Assembly (NCBI GenBank): GCA_014654065.1
Contig: JACWDM010000004.1
Span: forward strand, 31,080 to 95,079
Source of the DNA: Pelagibacterales bacterium SAG-MED15
Lineage (GTDB): Bacteria > Pseudomonadota > Alphaproteobacteria > Pelagibacterales > Pelagibacteraceae
DNA: 64,000 nt
Direction of reading: 5' to 3'
The notes beneath the pieces are model-generated. The model made no database searches. It was given only the letters and a program-made list of their open reading frames with translations, and was not told the DNA's origin. A program made the position numbers and the translations under genes. Within the stretch, counting starts at the first letter, position 1, and each line of letters begins with the position of its first letter. Positions 1 to 9,951 of this stretch are shown here, one piece after another.

Positions 1-151
1 CTCCACGCAACACTGCTTTTGTAACAACCATTTCTGTATATAGCATTACATTCTTGCTTATAAGTCTTAAAAAATATCTATCATGACGATCGGTACAATC
101 CATCATGGGAGCAACTGAAATTTTTCTATTAATTTTATTTTTAGTATCCAA
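1..151 (-). CDS. dusA: tRNA-dihydrouridine synthase A, 5' part (runs off the window edge; not in the ORF track)
   Basis: Manual translation of the reverse strand gives (TTG)[49 protein letters not shown], matching the DusA N-terminal APM.D.TDRH.R...LYTEMV motif. TTG start at 151 is tentative. Confidence 0.88.
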   Translation of the reverse strand, partial: MDTKNKINRKISVAPMMDCTDRHDRYFLRLISKNVMLYTEMVVTKAVLRG

Positions 152-1472
152 GAGGTTTACCCATTATTTTATCTGGTAGCCATGTCACTATCTCAGGAAA
201 AATACATAAAATTAGTATAGCCAACGCCATTATAATCATAAATGGTATAGAACCTTTTAATATTTCAGACAAGCTCACGTCTGGAGTAATTCCTTTTATT
301 ATATAAAGATTTAATCCTACGGGTGGTGTAATTAATCCTATTTCCATATTAATAGTAAATACAATTGCAAACCAATAAGGGTCGAAGCCTAAAGTTGTTA
401 TAACTGGTAATAATATCGCTGAAGTCATTACAATAACTGCAACTGGAGGTAAAAAGAAACCAGCTATTAACAGAAATATATTTATTAAAATAAATACGAC
501 CCATTTGTTAGAGCTTAATTCCACCATACTCTGTGCTAAAGACTGAGTTACGTAAAGTTGAGATAGGGTAAATGCGAAAAGATAAGAGGCTGCAATAATA
601 AACATTATCATTACACTTTCTTTCATCGATACTTTAACAATATTCCATATTTTTTTTGGCTGATAAATTTTGTAGACAACTGCAATTAATACAAATACTA
701 AGAATGCTCCAACACCTGAAGCCTCGGAAGGTGTAGCAACACCTCCATACAGAACATATAAAACTCCAGCTATAATAGCTAAAAAAGGTAAAATTCTTGG
801 TAGTACTTCAAGTTTTTCTTTTAAAGTCGGAGGTTTTCTGTTCTTTAAAGCTTTTGCAGAGTCCTTATCAATAAAATAGCTATGTATGAGTGCCCATATC
901 GCAAACATTCCCGCTAACATGAAGCCTGGTATTAAGCCACATAAAAACAATCTTCCAATAGATGTACCAGTTGCAATTCCATAAACTATTAAAACAATAC
1001 TTGGTGGTATTAAAACTCCTAAAGTTCCTCCGGCTGCAATAGTGCCGGTAGCTATTTGATCTGAATATCCCCTTTTTCTCATTTCAGGAATTCCCATAGT
1101 TCCAATTGCAGCACAAGTTGCAGGACTTGATCCACTTAAAGCAGCAAAAATTGAGCAAGCACCTATATTAGAAATTACTAAACCCCCCGGGACTCTCCAC
1201 AACCATCTATCTAAACCTGTATATAAATCTTTCCCTGCTGGAGAATTGGCTACAGCCATTCCCATTAAAATAAACATTGGTATTGAAAGTAAAACAAATG
1301 AATTAAGTCCTGCATAGAATGTTTCTGCGAAAACATCTAGCATTTGAAAACCTTCGAATGAAACAAGAAGGACTATAGAAACAAAGCATAGTCCAAAGGC
1401 AATTGGGATTCCAGAAAAAAGTACTATTAAAGTAAATACCGCAACTATAATGGCAATTATAAGTGGATCCAT
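141..1472 (-). CDS. dctM: TRAP transporter large permease
   Basis: 443 aa, polytopic; [19 protein letters not shown] and ITPPVGLNL motifs. Confidence 0.95.
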   Translation of the reverse strand: MDPLIIAIIVAVFTLIVLFSGIPIAFGLCFVSIVLLVSFEGFQMLDVFAETFYAGLNSFVLLSIPMFILMGMAVANSPAGKDLYTGLDRWLWRVPGGLVISNIGACSIFAALSGSSPATCAAIGTMGIPEMRKRGYSDQIATGTIAAGGTLGVLIPPSIVLIVYGIATGTSIGRLFLCGLIPGFMLAGMFAIWALIHSYFIDKDSAKALKNRKPPTLKEKLEVLPRILPFLAIIAGVLYVLYGGVATPSEASGVGAFLVFVLIAVVYKIYQPKKIWNIVKVSMKESVMIMFIIAASYLFAFTLSQLYVTQSLAQSMVELSSNKWVVFILINIFLLIAGFFLPPVAVIVMTSAILLPVITTLGFDPYWFAIVFTINMEIGLITPPVGLNLYIIKGITPDVSLSEILKGSIPFMIIMALAILILCIFPEIVTWLPDKIMGKPLGY

Positions 1473-1966
1473 TAATTGTAATCCTTCGAGTCAGTTAATT
1501 TTATAATTTCAGCAATATATTGAAGTATCATTAATATAGCCCCGATCATCATCGAGGAATAAGGTATCCAAAGAGGTGGGTCCCAAACTGTACCTGTCGA
1601 ATAGTTTTTTGTAAAAGCTTCTTCAACCATTAAAAACCCAAAATAAAATAAAATTAAAAAAAATAATAAGCTTAACAATGAGGTGAAAATTTTTAATCTA
1701 ATTATATTTTTACTAGATAGAAAATCATATATCCATTCCATGCTAACATGGGCCTTTTCACTAAGGACATAGGCACTACCAATAAACGTAGAGGCAACTA
1801 AAAGCATTGTAACCAACTCTGTTTGCCAAGTAATAGCTCTTTGAAAGAAATATCTTTCAAAAACTAATTCAACTATAACTAAAATAGATAATAGCAATGC
1901 TAAGACAGCAAAAGCACCACATGCCTTCGCCAAAAAATCACAAATCTGTAAATATTTTTTTTTCAT
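1472..1966 (-). CDS. dctQ: TRAP transporter small permease
   Basis: 164 aa, about 4 TM segments, W.TEL and HVSME motifs; lies between dctP and dctM. Confidence 0.92.
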   Translation of the reverse strand: MKKKYLQICDFLAKACGAFAVLALLLSILVIVELVFERYFFQRAITWQTELVTMLLVASTFIGSAYVLSEKAHVSMEWIYDFLSSKNIIRLKIFTSLLSLLFFLILFYFGFLMVEEAFTKNYSTGTVWDPPLWIPYSSMMIGAILMILQYIAEIIKLTDSKDYN

Positions 1967-2000
1967 AAAAAAACCCCTATTTATAGAATAAATAGGGGTT
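1967..2000 (-). terminator. Stem-loop with U tract after dctP
   Basis: Perfect 13-bp inverted repeat AACCCCTATTTAT-aga-ATAAATAGGGGTT (1972-2000), with a T run on the minus strand reaching the dctQ ATG. Confidence 0.8.
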
Positions 2001-2014
2001 CTTTATATATTCTT

Positions 2015-3025
2015 TTATTTAACTGATAAAGCCATTTCCATCAGCTTGTCGCCACCTGGCACTTTTTCAGCAAATGCTTTGTGTGAAGACTTCTTCGCAA
2101 TCTCTACCCATGCAGCATGGTCTTTTGCATCCATATATACTAACTTAACACCTGCAGCTTTGTAAGCATCTTCAAACTTTTTATCTAAGTTTTCCACTTG
2201 TGCTGTCATATATTTTTCAGCTTTTTTTCCAGCTTTCATTAAAGCCTTTTGTTGCTTAGAGTTCAATGCATCAAAAGATTTTTGTGACATAAGTATTGGT
2301 TCGTACATAAACCATAAACCAAATTTTCCTGGAGGAGTTGCGCATGAAACTTGTTCATAAATTTTGTAACTTACAAAACTTCCAGAACTAGTATTAGCAC
2401 CTGTCAATACACCAGTTTGTAAACCAGTATATATCTCTGATGAAGGCATACTTTGAATTCCTGCTCCTGCTTCCTCTAACATTTGGTTGAATGCTTTACC
2501 TGCAGCTCTCATAACTTGTCCTTTAGCGTCACTAGGATTTTTTATACATTTAGTTTTTGAAGCAAAACCACCTCCTAACCAAGCATCAGATAAAACAACT
2601 ACACCAGCATCATTTATAATTTTTTTAATTTCAGTCATCATTGGACCTTTATTAAATCTTAATGCGTGCTTATGATTTTTAACTGTTCCTGGCATTAAAG
2701 TTGCGTCAAATTCTGGATGGAATTTAGATGCATAAGCTAATGGAAAAGCAGAAATATCCAATTGACCAGTTGTCATTGGTTTCCACTGTTCTTTAGGTTT
2801 ATATAATGATTTAGCTGGATAAATTCTAATATCTATTCCAACGTTTGCTTTTTTAACCTCATCTGCAATGATCTGAACCATCTCATGACGTGGATCGTAT
2901 GATCCATCAGCTCTTTGAGTTCCTGGCCACTGATGACTTGCTTTTAACGTTACAGCATAAGCAGAACCAATAGTAGATAGAACAAAAACTAATGAAGTTA
3001 AATATAAAGATATTTTTTTTAACAT
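2015..3025 (-). CDS. dctP: TRAP transporter substrate-binding protein
   Basis: Signal peptide; MRAAG and MPSSEIYTGLQTGV motifs; GGGGAG RBS upstream. Confidence 0.93.
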   Translation of the reverse strand: MLKKISLYLTSLVFVLSTIGSAYAVTLKASHQWPGTQRADGSYDPRHEMVQIIADEVKKANVGIDIRIYPAKSLYKPKEQWKPMTTGQLDISAFPLAYASKFHPEFDATLMPGTVKNHKHALRFNKGPMMTEIKKIINDAGVVVLSDAWLGGGFASKTKCIKNPSDAKGQVMRAAGKAFNQMLEEAGAGIQSMPSSEIYTGLQTGVLTGANTSSGSFVSYKIYEQVSCATPPGKFGLWFMYEPILMSQKSFDALNSKQQKALMKAGKKAEKYMTAQVENLDKKFEDAYKAAGVKLVYMDAKDHAAWVEIAKKSSHKAFAEKVPGGDKLMEMALSVK

Positions 3026-3108
3026 TGTTATCTCCCCTGTTGTTATTTAATTAATGCATTAAAATAAAGATATTGATAAGAGTCAATACTACAAAGTACA
3101 CTATAATT

Positions 3109-4251
3109 ATGGATGGACCTTTAAAAAACCTTTTAGTTGTTGATTTAACTAGAGTTCTAGTTGGACCTTACTGCACAATGATTTTATCTGACTTAGGAGC
3201 AAGAGTTATAAAAATCGAAGCTCCTGAAATTGGAGATGACTCTCGAAAATTTGGTCCTTTTATTGATGACTATTCTGCATACTTCATGTCTTTGAATAGA
3301 GGTAAAGAAAGTATTGCATTAAATTTAAAAAATGCAGACGACAAAAAAATTTTTGAAAAAATTTTATCGAAAGCAGATATTCTAGTTGAAAACTTTAAAC
3401 CTGGCACCTTAGAAAAATGGGGTTATGGATGGAAAGATGTGAATAAAAAATATCCAAAACTTATTTATGCGTCAGCGTCTGGTTTTGGTCAAACAGGTCC
3501 ACTAAAAGAACTTCCTGCTTATGATATGGTAGTGCAAGGCATGGGTGGTTTGATGAGTGTAACTGGTCAACCAAATTCTGAACCTACTAGAGTTGGAACG
3601 TCTATTGGAGATATTACAGCAGGATTATTTACAGCTATAGGAATTAACGCAGCACTTTATGATAGGCAAAAAACTGGTAAAGGAATGTTTATTGATGTTT
3701 CAATGTTAGATTGTCAAATTGCAATTTTAGAAAATGCAATTGCAAGATATCTTGCAAAGAATGAAATACCAAAACCTATGGGGTCACGTCATCCTTCTAT
3801 TGCACCATTTGAAGCTTTTAAAACTAAAGATAGCCATATTATAATCGCAGCTGGTAATGACAAATTATTTGAAAAACTTTGTAACCTTCTTGAGATGCCT
3901 GAAATAAGTAAAGATCAAAAATTTTCTGATAATTCATCAAGAGCAAAAAATATGGATGAACTTAAAAAAGTTCTTGAAAATAAATTATTAAGCAAACAAA
4001 CCAATGAATGGGTTAAAGAGATGGAGAAAGAAAAAATACCATGTGGGCCTATATTTAATATTAAAGAAGCTGTTGAAAATCCTCAGGTGGATGCAAGAAA
4101 CATGATAGTAAAAGCTTATCATAAGGTAATTGGTGATTTTAAATTAGCAGGGAATCCTATTAAAATGTCAACTTATAAAGATGAAAAAACACGTGGCGAT
4201 ATACCAGATCTTGACGAACATAGAGAGAAAATATTAAAAGAATTCAATTAA
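3109..4251 (+). CDS. CaiB/BaiF family III CoA-transferase
   Basis: DLTRVLVGPYCT, DLGARVIKIE, LNRGKESI, ENFKPG and catalytic GD motifs; ATG at 3109 preferred over TTG at 3073. Confidence 0.92.
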   Translation: MDGPLKNLLVVDLTRVLVGPYCTMILSDLGARVIKIEAPEIGDDSRKFGPFIDDYSAYFMSLNRGKESIALNLKNADDKKIFEKILSKADILVENFKPGTLEKWGYGWKDVNKKYPKLIYASASGFGQTGPLKELPAYDMVVQGMGGLMSVTGQPNSEPTRVGTSIGDITAGLFTAIGINAALYDRQKTGKGMFIDVSMLDCQIAILENAIARYLAKNEIPKPMGSRHPSIAPFEAFKTKDSHIIIAAGNDKLFEKLCNLLEMPEISKDQKFSDNSSRAKNMDELKKVLENKLLSKQTNEWVKEMEKEKIPCGPIFNIKEAVENPQVDARNMIVKAYHKVIGDFKLAGNPIKMSTYKDEKTRGDIPDLDEHREKILKEFN

Positions 4252-4276
4252 AAATATATAATGGATTTTAATATTT

Positions 4277-5707
4277 ATGATGGATAAAAAAAAGTTTTAT
4301 ATTAACGGTGAATGGGTCAATCCTGTAAAGGAAAATAATTTTGAAGTTATAAATCCTTCTACAGAGGAAATTAGTGCTATAATCTCATTGGGAAGTTCGG
4401 ACGATACCAATATAGCTGTTAAGGCTGCAAAAAAATCTTTTGAGACATGGAAAGAAACTTCTAAAGATGAAAGAATTAAATTATTAGAAAAATTATTGGA
4501 AATTTATAATTCAAGATGGGATGATATGACTAATGCTATCACTACTGAATTAGGTTGTCCTAAAGATTGGTGCTCAGCAAATCAAACAGCATCAGGTGCG
4601 GGGCATATAGAAGATTTTATCAAAAGACTAAAAGAATTTAATTTTGAACCAGGTTTTGATAAAGGTTCTGTTAATCATATTGTTTATGAACCAATAGGAG
4701 TTTGTGGTCTGATTACTCCTTGGAATTGGCCTATAAATCAAATTGCACTTAAAGTTATTCCTGCTTTAGCAACTGGCTGTACAATGATTTTGAAACCTTC
4801 AGAGATTGCTCCATTATCTGGCATGCTTTTTGCTGAAATGATACATGATGCCGGCTTTCCTGCTGGTGTATTTAACTTAGTAAATGGTGATGGTCCTGGT
4901 GTTGGCACAGATTTGTCGGGTCATCCTGATGTAGAAATGATTTCATTCACTGGATCAACAAGAGCTGGAAAGTTAATAACTAAAAATGCTGCTGATACAA
5001 TTAAAAGAGTTTGTTTAGAGCTTGGTGGTAAAGGAGGAAATATTGTCTTTGCAGACGCGTATCCTGATGCTGTCAGAGATGGTATTCGAAATGTAATGAG
5101 TAATTCAGGACAATCCTGTGATGCACCAACTAGGATGTTAGTAGAAAAATCTATTTACAGCCGTGCAGTCGAGGAAGCTGCAGATGAAGCAAATAAAATT
5201 AAAGTTGATTTAGCTAATAAGTCAGGTGACCATATAGGCCCAGTAGTATCAAAAACACAGTATGATAAAATACAAAGTTTAATTAAAAGTGGTATTGAGG
5301 AAGGAGCTAAATTAGTTGCAGGAGGTCCAGATAAACCGGAAGATTTAAAAAAAGGATATTTTATAAAACCTACTATATTTGCAGATGTTAAAAATAGTAT
5401 GAGAATAGCCAAAGAAGAAATTTTTGGTCCCGTCTTGTCAATAATGCCATTCGAAAACGAAGAGGAAGCGATTCAGATTACTAATGATACTGAATATGGA
5501 CTTGGAAATTATTTTCAAACCGAAGATAAAGAAAAAGCTAAAAGAGTAGCTAAAAAACTAAGATCTGGAATTGTTTATGTTAATCATAAACCCGCGGACT
5601 CTGGAACACCTTTTGGTGGGTATAGACAATCAGGTAACGGAAGAGAAGGTGGTAATTGGGGATTACACGAATATTTGGAAGTCAAAACAATTACAGAGTG
5701 GAAGTAG
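4277..5707 (+). CDS. Aldehyde dehydrogenase
   Basis: ITPWNWP, FTGSTRAG, LELGGK, NSGQSC (catalytic Cys) and EEIFGPV motifs. Confidence 0.95.
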   Translation: MMDKKKFYINGEWVNPVKENNFEVINPSTEEISAIISLGSSDDTNIAVKAAKKSFETWKETSKDERIKLLEKLLEIYNSRWDDMTNAITTELGCPKDWCSANQTASGAGHIEDFIKRLKEFNFEPGFDKGSVNHIVYEPIGVCGLITPWNWPINQIALKVIPALATGCTMILKPSEIAPLSGMLFAEMIHDAGFPAGVFNLVNGDGPGVGTDLSGHPDVEMISFTGSTRAGKLITKNAADTIKRVCLELGGKGGNIVFADAYPDAVRDGIRNVMSNSGQSCDAPTRMLVEKSIYSRAVEEAADEANKIKVDLANKSGDHIGPVVSKTQYDKIQSLIKSGIEEGAKLVAGGPDKPEDLKKGYFIKPTIFADVKNSMRIAKEEIFGPVLSIMPFENEEEAIQITNDTEYGLGNYFQTEDKEKAKRVAKKLRSGIVYVNHKPADSGTPFGGYRQSGNGREGGNWGLHEYLEVKTITEWK

Positions 5708-5725
5708 TCAACTAAGGGAGGAAAT

Positions 5726-6109
5726 GTGATTGGGTATGTTATGGTTGGTACAAGCAATCTTGAAAAAGCAATTAAGTTTTACGATGAAATTCTTAAAGTT
5801 TTAGATTTAAAGAGAATTGATACGGATGATGTTTGTGCAGGATATGGTGCAAAGGATGGACCTGGGTTAATAGAATTCTATGTTACTCTTCCTTTTAATA
5901 AAAAAGACGCTACTGGGGGTAACGGTACACAAGTTTCTTTCATAACAAATTCGAGATCAACTGTAGATAAATTTCACGAAATTGGTTTAAAAATAGGTGG
6001 AAAGAGTGAAGGTTCAGGCGGTGAAAGACCTGATGGATCTGGAGTTTATTATTCTTATATTCGAGACTTAGATGGCAATAAGATCTGTGCATTCACAAAT
6101 AACAAATAA
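5726..6109 (+). CDS. VOC/glyoxalase family protein
   Basis: GYVMVGTSNL..A.KFYD, GNGTQVSF and YIRDLDGNKI motifs; GGGAGG RBS before a GTG start. Confidence 0.88.
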   Translation: MIGYVMVGTSNLEKAIKFYDEILKVLDLKRIDTDDVCAGYGAKDGPGLIEFYVTLPFNKKDATGGNGTQVSFITNSRSTVDKFHEIGLKIGGKSEGSGGERPDGSGVYYSYIRDLDGNKICAFTNNK

Positions 6110-6117
6110 ACACTAAA

Positions 6118-7038
6118 ATGTCTTACTCTAATATAAAAAAAAAATTAGAGAGTGGCCAAGTAGTAATTTTAGATGGAGCTCTGGGTGCTGAATTAGAAAA
6201 AGTAGGAGCTCCAATGGATAAAAATCTATGGGTGGGTAAATGCTCTAATGATCGTCCTGATCTTGTTTTAAAAGTCCATGAAAAATATATTGAAGCTGGG
6301 GCAGATGTAATAACAACAAATACATATGCATTAGCACCAGTATCTATGAAACAGCATGGATATCAAGACAATATAACTAATTGGAATTTAAAAAGTGTTG
6401 AGATTGCAAAAGCCGCAGCTAAAAATAGTAAATCCGAAGTTATAGTTGCAGGTTCAATATCTACTTATGGTAGTTGGTATAGATTGGGGCAAGATACTCT
6501 TAAAAAAAATTTTGAAGAACATTTAAAAATTTTAGGTGATACAGGTATTGACTTAATTATTTTAGAAGCAATGACATCAGAAGTAGATACAGTAAAAACT
6601 CTTATTAATTGTTCAGAAAAAGTAAATTTACCTACTTGGCTTTCTGTTTCTTGTGCATTTGATGAAGAAACAAATAAAGTAATGCTCGGGTATCAAGAAA
6701 GTATTGGAAATACAAAAGCTGAAATATATGAAGATTTTGATAAAGCTATTAAACAATTTAGTTCATTGCATGATGGCCCAATACTAATAGCACATTCAGA
6801 TATCAAAATTATAAACGATGCTATTAAGATTATTAAAAATAATCATAAAGGCTTTATAGGAACTTATCCAAATAACGGATATTTTGAGAAACCACACTGG
6901 AAATCAGTTGAAAGCTTTACTCCTGAAAATTATTTAAATGAGGCAAAGTCTTGGGTCAAAAATGGATCTCAAATAATCGGGGGATGTTGTGGAGTAGGAC
7001 CAGACTTAATAAAACCTTTATCGACATTAAAACAATGA
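6118..7038 (+). CDS. Homocysteine S-methyltransferase family protein
   Basis: ILDGALGAEL, AGADVITTNTY, YPN and IIGGCCG motifs. Confidence 0.9.
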   Translation: MSYSNIKKKLESGQVVILDGALGAELEKVGAPMDKNLWVGKCSNDRPDLVLKVHEKYIEAGADVITTNTYALAPVSMKQHGYQDNITNWNLKSVEIAKAAAKNSKSEVIVAGSISTYGSWYRLGQDTLKKNFEEHLKILGDTGIDLIILEAMTSEVDTVKTLINCSEKVNLPTWLSVSCAFDEETNKVMLGYQESIGNTKAEIYEDFDKAIKQFSSLHDGPILIAHSDIKIINDAIKIIKNNHKGFIGTYPNNGYFEKPHWKSVESFTPENYLNEAKSWVKNGSQIIGGCCGVGPDLIKPLSTLKQ

Positions 7039-7628
7039 GCAAAACTGAAGAAATTTTTGATAAAGCAAAAAATGAAATTCAAAATTTATGGAATAATAAC
7101 AATGAACTTTCTAATTTCGTTAAATTTCCAGATAATTTAATTTTAAAAAATATTAAATCTAAAAGAGCCCCCGTTACAAATAAACTTTTTAATTGGAGGG
7201 AAAAACTAAATACCAATCATACAGACTTACATCTAGCAATTAGTGACTTATCTCCTTATGTTAATTGGGAGCAAGGATATGAGGAAAAAGAAGTTGGTAA
7301 AGATTTTTTAAGTAAATATGGTTTTTTTGAATTAATAGGTCCTACAGGACATTATGAAACTTCGAAAATGGCTTTATATGTTAATTTTCTAGACCAAAAT
7401 GCTTATTATCCATGGCATAATCATGAGGCTGAGGAATTATATTTCATAGTATCAGGTAAAGCTAAATTTGAATGCAAAGATCAAAATATAGAAATATTAT
7501 CATCAACAAAAACAAGACTTCATAAAAGTTTTCAACCACACGCAATTACAACAATTGAAAATCAAGTATTAAGTTTTGTAATTTGGAAAAATAAATTTGA
7601 GAATGTATCAAAAATGATAAAAGGATAA
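7035..7628 (+). CDS. DMSP lyase-family (DddQ-like) cupin
   Basis: FELIGPTG, YYPWHNHEAEELYFIVSG and H.SFQPHA cupin motifs typical of the DddQ/DddL family; ATGA overlap with the HMT stop supports a start at 7035. Confidence 0.78.
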   Translation: MSKTEEIFDKAKNEIQNLWNNNNELSNFVKFPDNLILKNIKSKRAPVTNKLFNWREKLNTNHTDLHLAISDLSPYVNWEQGYEEKEVGKDFLSKYGFFELIGPTGHYETSKMALYVNFLDQNAYYPWHNHEAEELYFIVSGKAKFECKDQNIEILSSTKTRLHKSFQPHAITTIENQVLSFVIWKNKFENVSKMIKG

Positions 7629-7633
7629 GTTTT

Positions 7634-8533
7634 TTATTGCTTACTTACATTTTCTTTTGGAGATAAAACTACAGCAACTACTCCACCTATAATTATCAAA
7701 GAACATCCAACAATCTGTCGCCACCCAAATGGTTCGTCTGTAAGAATACTAGAGCTTACAGCACCGACTATAATTTCTGATAAAAAAAGAATTGAACATA
7801 TCCCTGCTCCTATTTGAGTTGGGGCCCATAGTATTACGATTCCAGTGGGGATAAAGTAAAAAACCGAAATAAGAACCAAGAAAGTAGTCATTGAAATAAA
7901 TGCATCAATAGATGGTACTGGCCCAAGATAATCAACAAGTAAAAGACCTGCTACAATGTTGAACAACGTTCCGTAGACGAAAAAACCAAAAATTATTGGA
8001 AATACACCATCAGTTTTAATAACTTCTAATCTGATCATTCCTCCAGCAAACATAATTCCACCTGTAAGAGCTAACCAGTCTCCTGCATTTTTTGGTAAAG
8101 GAATATTTCCTCCTTGGCCAAAAACTACCCATAATCCACCAAGAGCTAAACTTAAACTGACAACTCGTTGCCAACCATGTCTTTTTTTTAAAAAAATCAT
8201 TTCAAAAATAGTTGTCCAAACTGGAGTCATGTAAAACATTATTAAAGCTCTAACCACATCAGTTAAAAGAAAACTTAATGCGTAACATATAAACCCTCCT
8301 CCAATTAAAATTCCCATTGCTGGAAATTCAAATCCTGTATCTCTTTTTTTAATTAATCTCCAAATTGCAATGGGTAATAATATCAAGGTACCAATTATCA
8401 TCTGAGATATTGTGCCCCAACCTCCAGTCAAACCACCATCCTCTAGAATTCTTTGTGGCAACCAATATATTCCCCAAGCACCTGCTGAAACTGCTAGTGC
8501 AACTGAAATCTTATAATGGTGTGGGTGTCTCAT
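7634..8533 (-). CDS. DMT/EamA family transporter
   Basis: 299 aa, about 10 TM segments, FYMTPVW motif. Confidence 0.85.
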   Translation of the reverse strand: MRHPHHYKISVALAVSAGAWGIYWLPQRILEDGGLTGGWGTISQMIIGTLILLPIAIWRLIKKRDTGFEFPAMGILIGGGFICYALSFLLTDVVRALIMFYMTPVWTTIFEMIFLKKRHGWQRVVSLSLALGGLWVVFGQGGNIPLPKNAGDWLALTGGIMFAGGMIRLEVIKTDGVFPIIFGFFVYGTLFNIVAGLLLVDYLGPVPSIDAFISMTTFLVLISVFYFIPTGIVILWAPTQIGAGICSILFLSEIIVGAVSSSILTDEPFGWRQIVGCSLIIIGGVVAVVLSPKENVSKQ

Positions 8534-9945
8534 GTTAATTTAGGTTTATTCTTACTAAAATTAAAAGCTTTTTCATACATATTTGCAAAATTAAATACCT
8601 TCAAATCATCTTTATTCCTTCCAATGATTTGCATTCCCATTGGCATCCCATCTTTATTGAAACCAACTGGTATTGTAATGGTTGGTAATTCTAAAAGACT
8701 AGATAATATAAAAACTTCTAACCAACGATGATAGGTATCTAATTCGATATTATTAATATTTTTTGGATATTGTAAATTTTTATCAAAAGGAAAAATTTGA
8801 GCTGATGGCAATGCTAAAAAATCAAAATTTTGAAAAATTAAATTTATTTGACTTAAATATTGTTGTTTTAGATCTAGGGCTAATCGTATTTCCTCAGATT
8901 TAATTTCTTTACCTTTGTTATATTCCCAGATTGCCTGATATGTCATTGTATTAATATCTGAAATATTCATAGCTAAAGTATCTTCATATATACTTTTAGC
9001 TCTTAATATGGTCCAGCTATTCCATAAAATATCAGTATTTATTTTTGGCTTAAGTAATTCTACTTTAATATTTATTTTTTCTAAATCTTTCAGTTTATTT
9101 TCACAAATTGTTAATATATCTTTTTCTATATTGTAGTTCCCATTCATATTTGACAACCATCCAATTTTAAATGCTGAAAATTCTTTATCACTTATATTTT
9201 GGTTTTTAAACGAACCGCTTAGGTCGAATGAAAATTTATCTAATGAATCACTTCCAGCAATTTCATCTAGTAAAATCGACATATTATTCGGATTTGTCGC
9301 AAAACATCCTGGTGTTGTAAGTATAGGTAAGTCTAAATTTTGGTTAGTACGATCTACTGGAATTAAACCTGGTGTGGGTCTAAAACCATAAATATTTGCG
9401 TATGCTGCAGGTCCTCGACACGATCCCATCTGATCTGTACCATCTGCAAATGGTAATAATCCAGCAGCAACAGCTGAGCTCGCTCCCCCACTCGATCCGG
9501 CAGCAGATTTTGATAAATCGTAAACATTTGAAGTTGGTCCAAAAAGTCTATTAATTGTATGGCCTCCAACGCCAAGCTCTGCTGTATTTGTTTTCCCAAT
9601 AATAATTGCTCCTTTGTTAATTAATCTATTTACAAATAATGAATTTTTTTTAGGTTGATTATTTTTTGATCCAGGAAAACCGTAAGTTGTTTTAAATCCT
9701 ACTACATCTGTTAGATCCTTAATTGCAATAGGTAATCCATTTAAAGATTTATCAATTTCTTTAGCTTTATCCTTTTCAATTGCCTCTTTTATTATTAATT
9801 CTCGATCTTTTTGAAGAACAATCGCATTTAAATCAGGATTTAATTTTTCAATTCTATCCAAATAATATTCAACAACTTCTTTAATTGAAATTTGACGACT
9901 TTTAATTATATTTTGTAATTCTTTTACTGATTGGCTTTCCAGCAT
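8530..9945 (-). CDS. Amidase signature family protein
   Basis: GLPIAIKD, GKTNT, GSSGGAS and DGTDQMGSCRGPA motifs (Ser-cisSer-Lys triad region). Confidence 0.92.
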   Translation of the reverse strand: MLESQSVKELQNIIKSRQISIKEVVEYYLDRIEKLNPDLNAIVLQKDRELIIKEAIEKDKAKEIDKSLNGLPIAIKDLTDVVGFKTTYGFPGSKNNQPKKNSLFVNRLINKGAIIIGKTNTAELGVGGHTINRLFGPTSNVYDLSKSAAGSSGGASSAVAAGLLPFADGTDQMGSCRGPAAYANIYGFRPTPGLIPVDRTNQNLDLPILTTPGCFATNPNNMSILLDEIAGSDSLDKFSFDLSGSFKNQNISDKEFSAFKIGWLSNMNGNYNIEKDILTICENKLKDLEKINIKVELLKPKINTDILWNSWTILRAKSIYEDTLAMNISDINTMTYQAIWEYNKGKEIKSEEIRLALDLKQQYLSQINLIFQNFDFLALPSAQIFPFDKNLQYPKNINNIELDTYHRWLEVFILSSLLELPTITIPVGFNKDGMPMGMQIIGRNKDDLKVFNFANMYEKAFNFSKNKPKLT

Positions 9946-9951
9946 AAAAAC

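Noticed and set aside
3051..3062. TTAATGCATTAA palindrome between dctP and the CoA-transferase
   Set aside because: Almost all A/T, so chance occurrence is likely; no second copy noticed
6951..7034. Longer N-terminus for the cupin (and similar extensions at 3073, 13187, 15422, 18371, 52547)
   Set aside because: These are TTG-start extensions that overlap neighbours or promoter DNA; downstream ATGs with coupling or an RBS fit better
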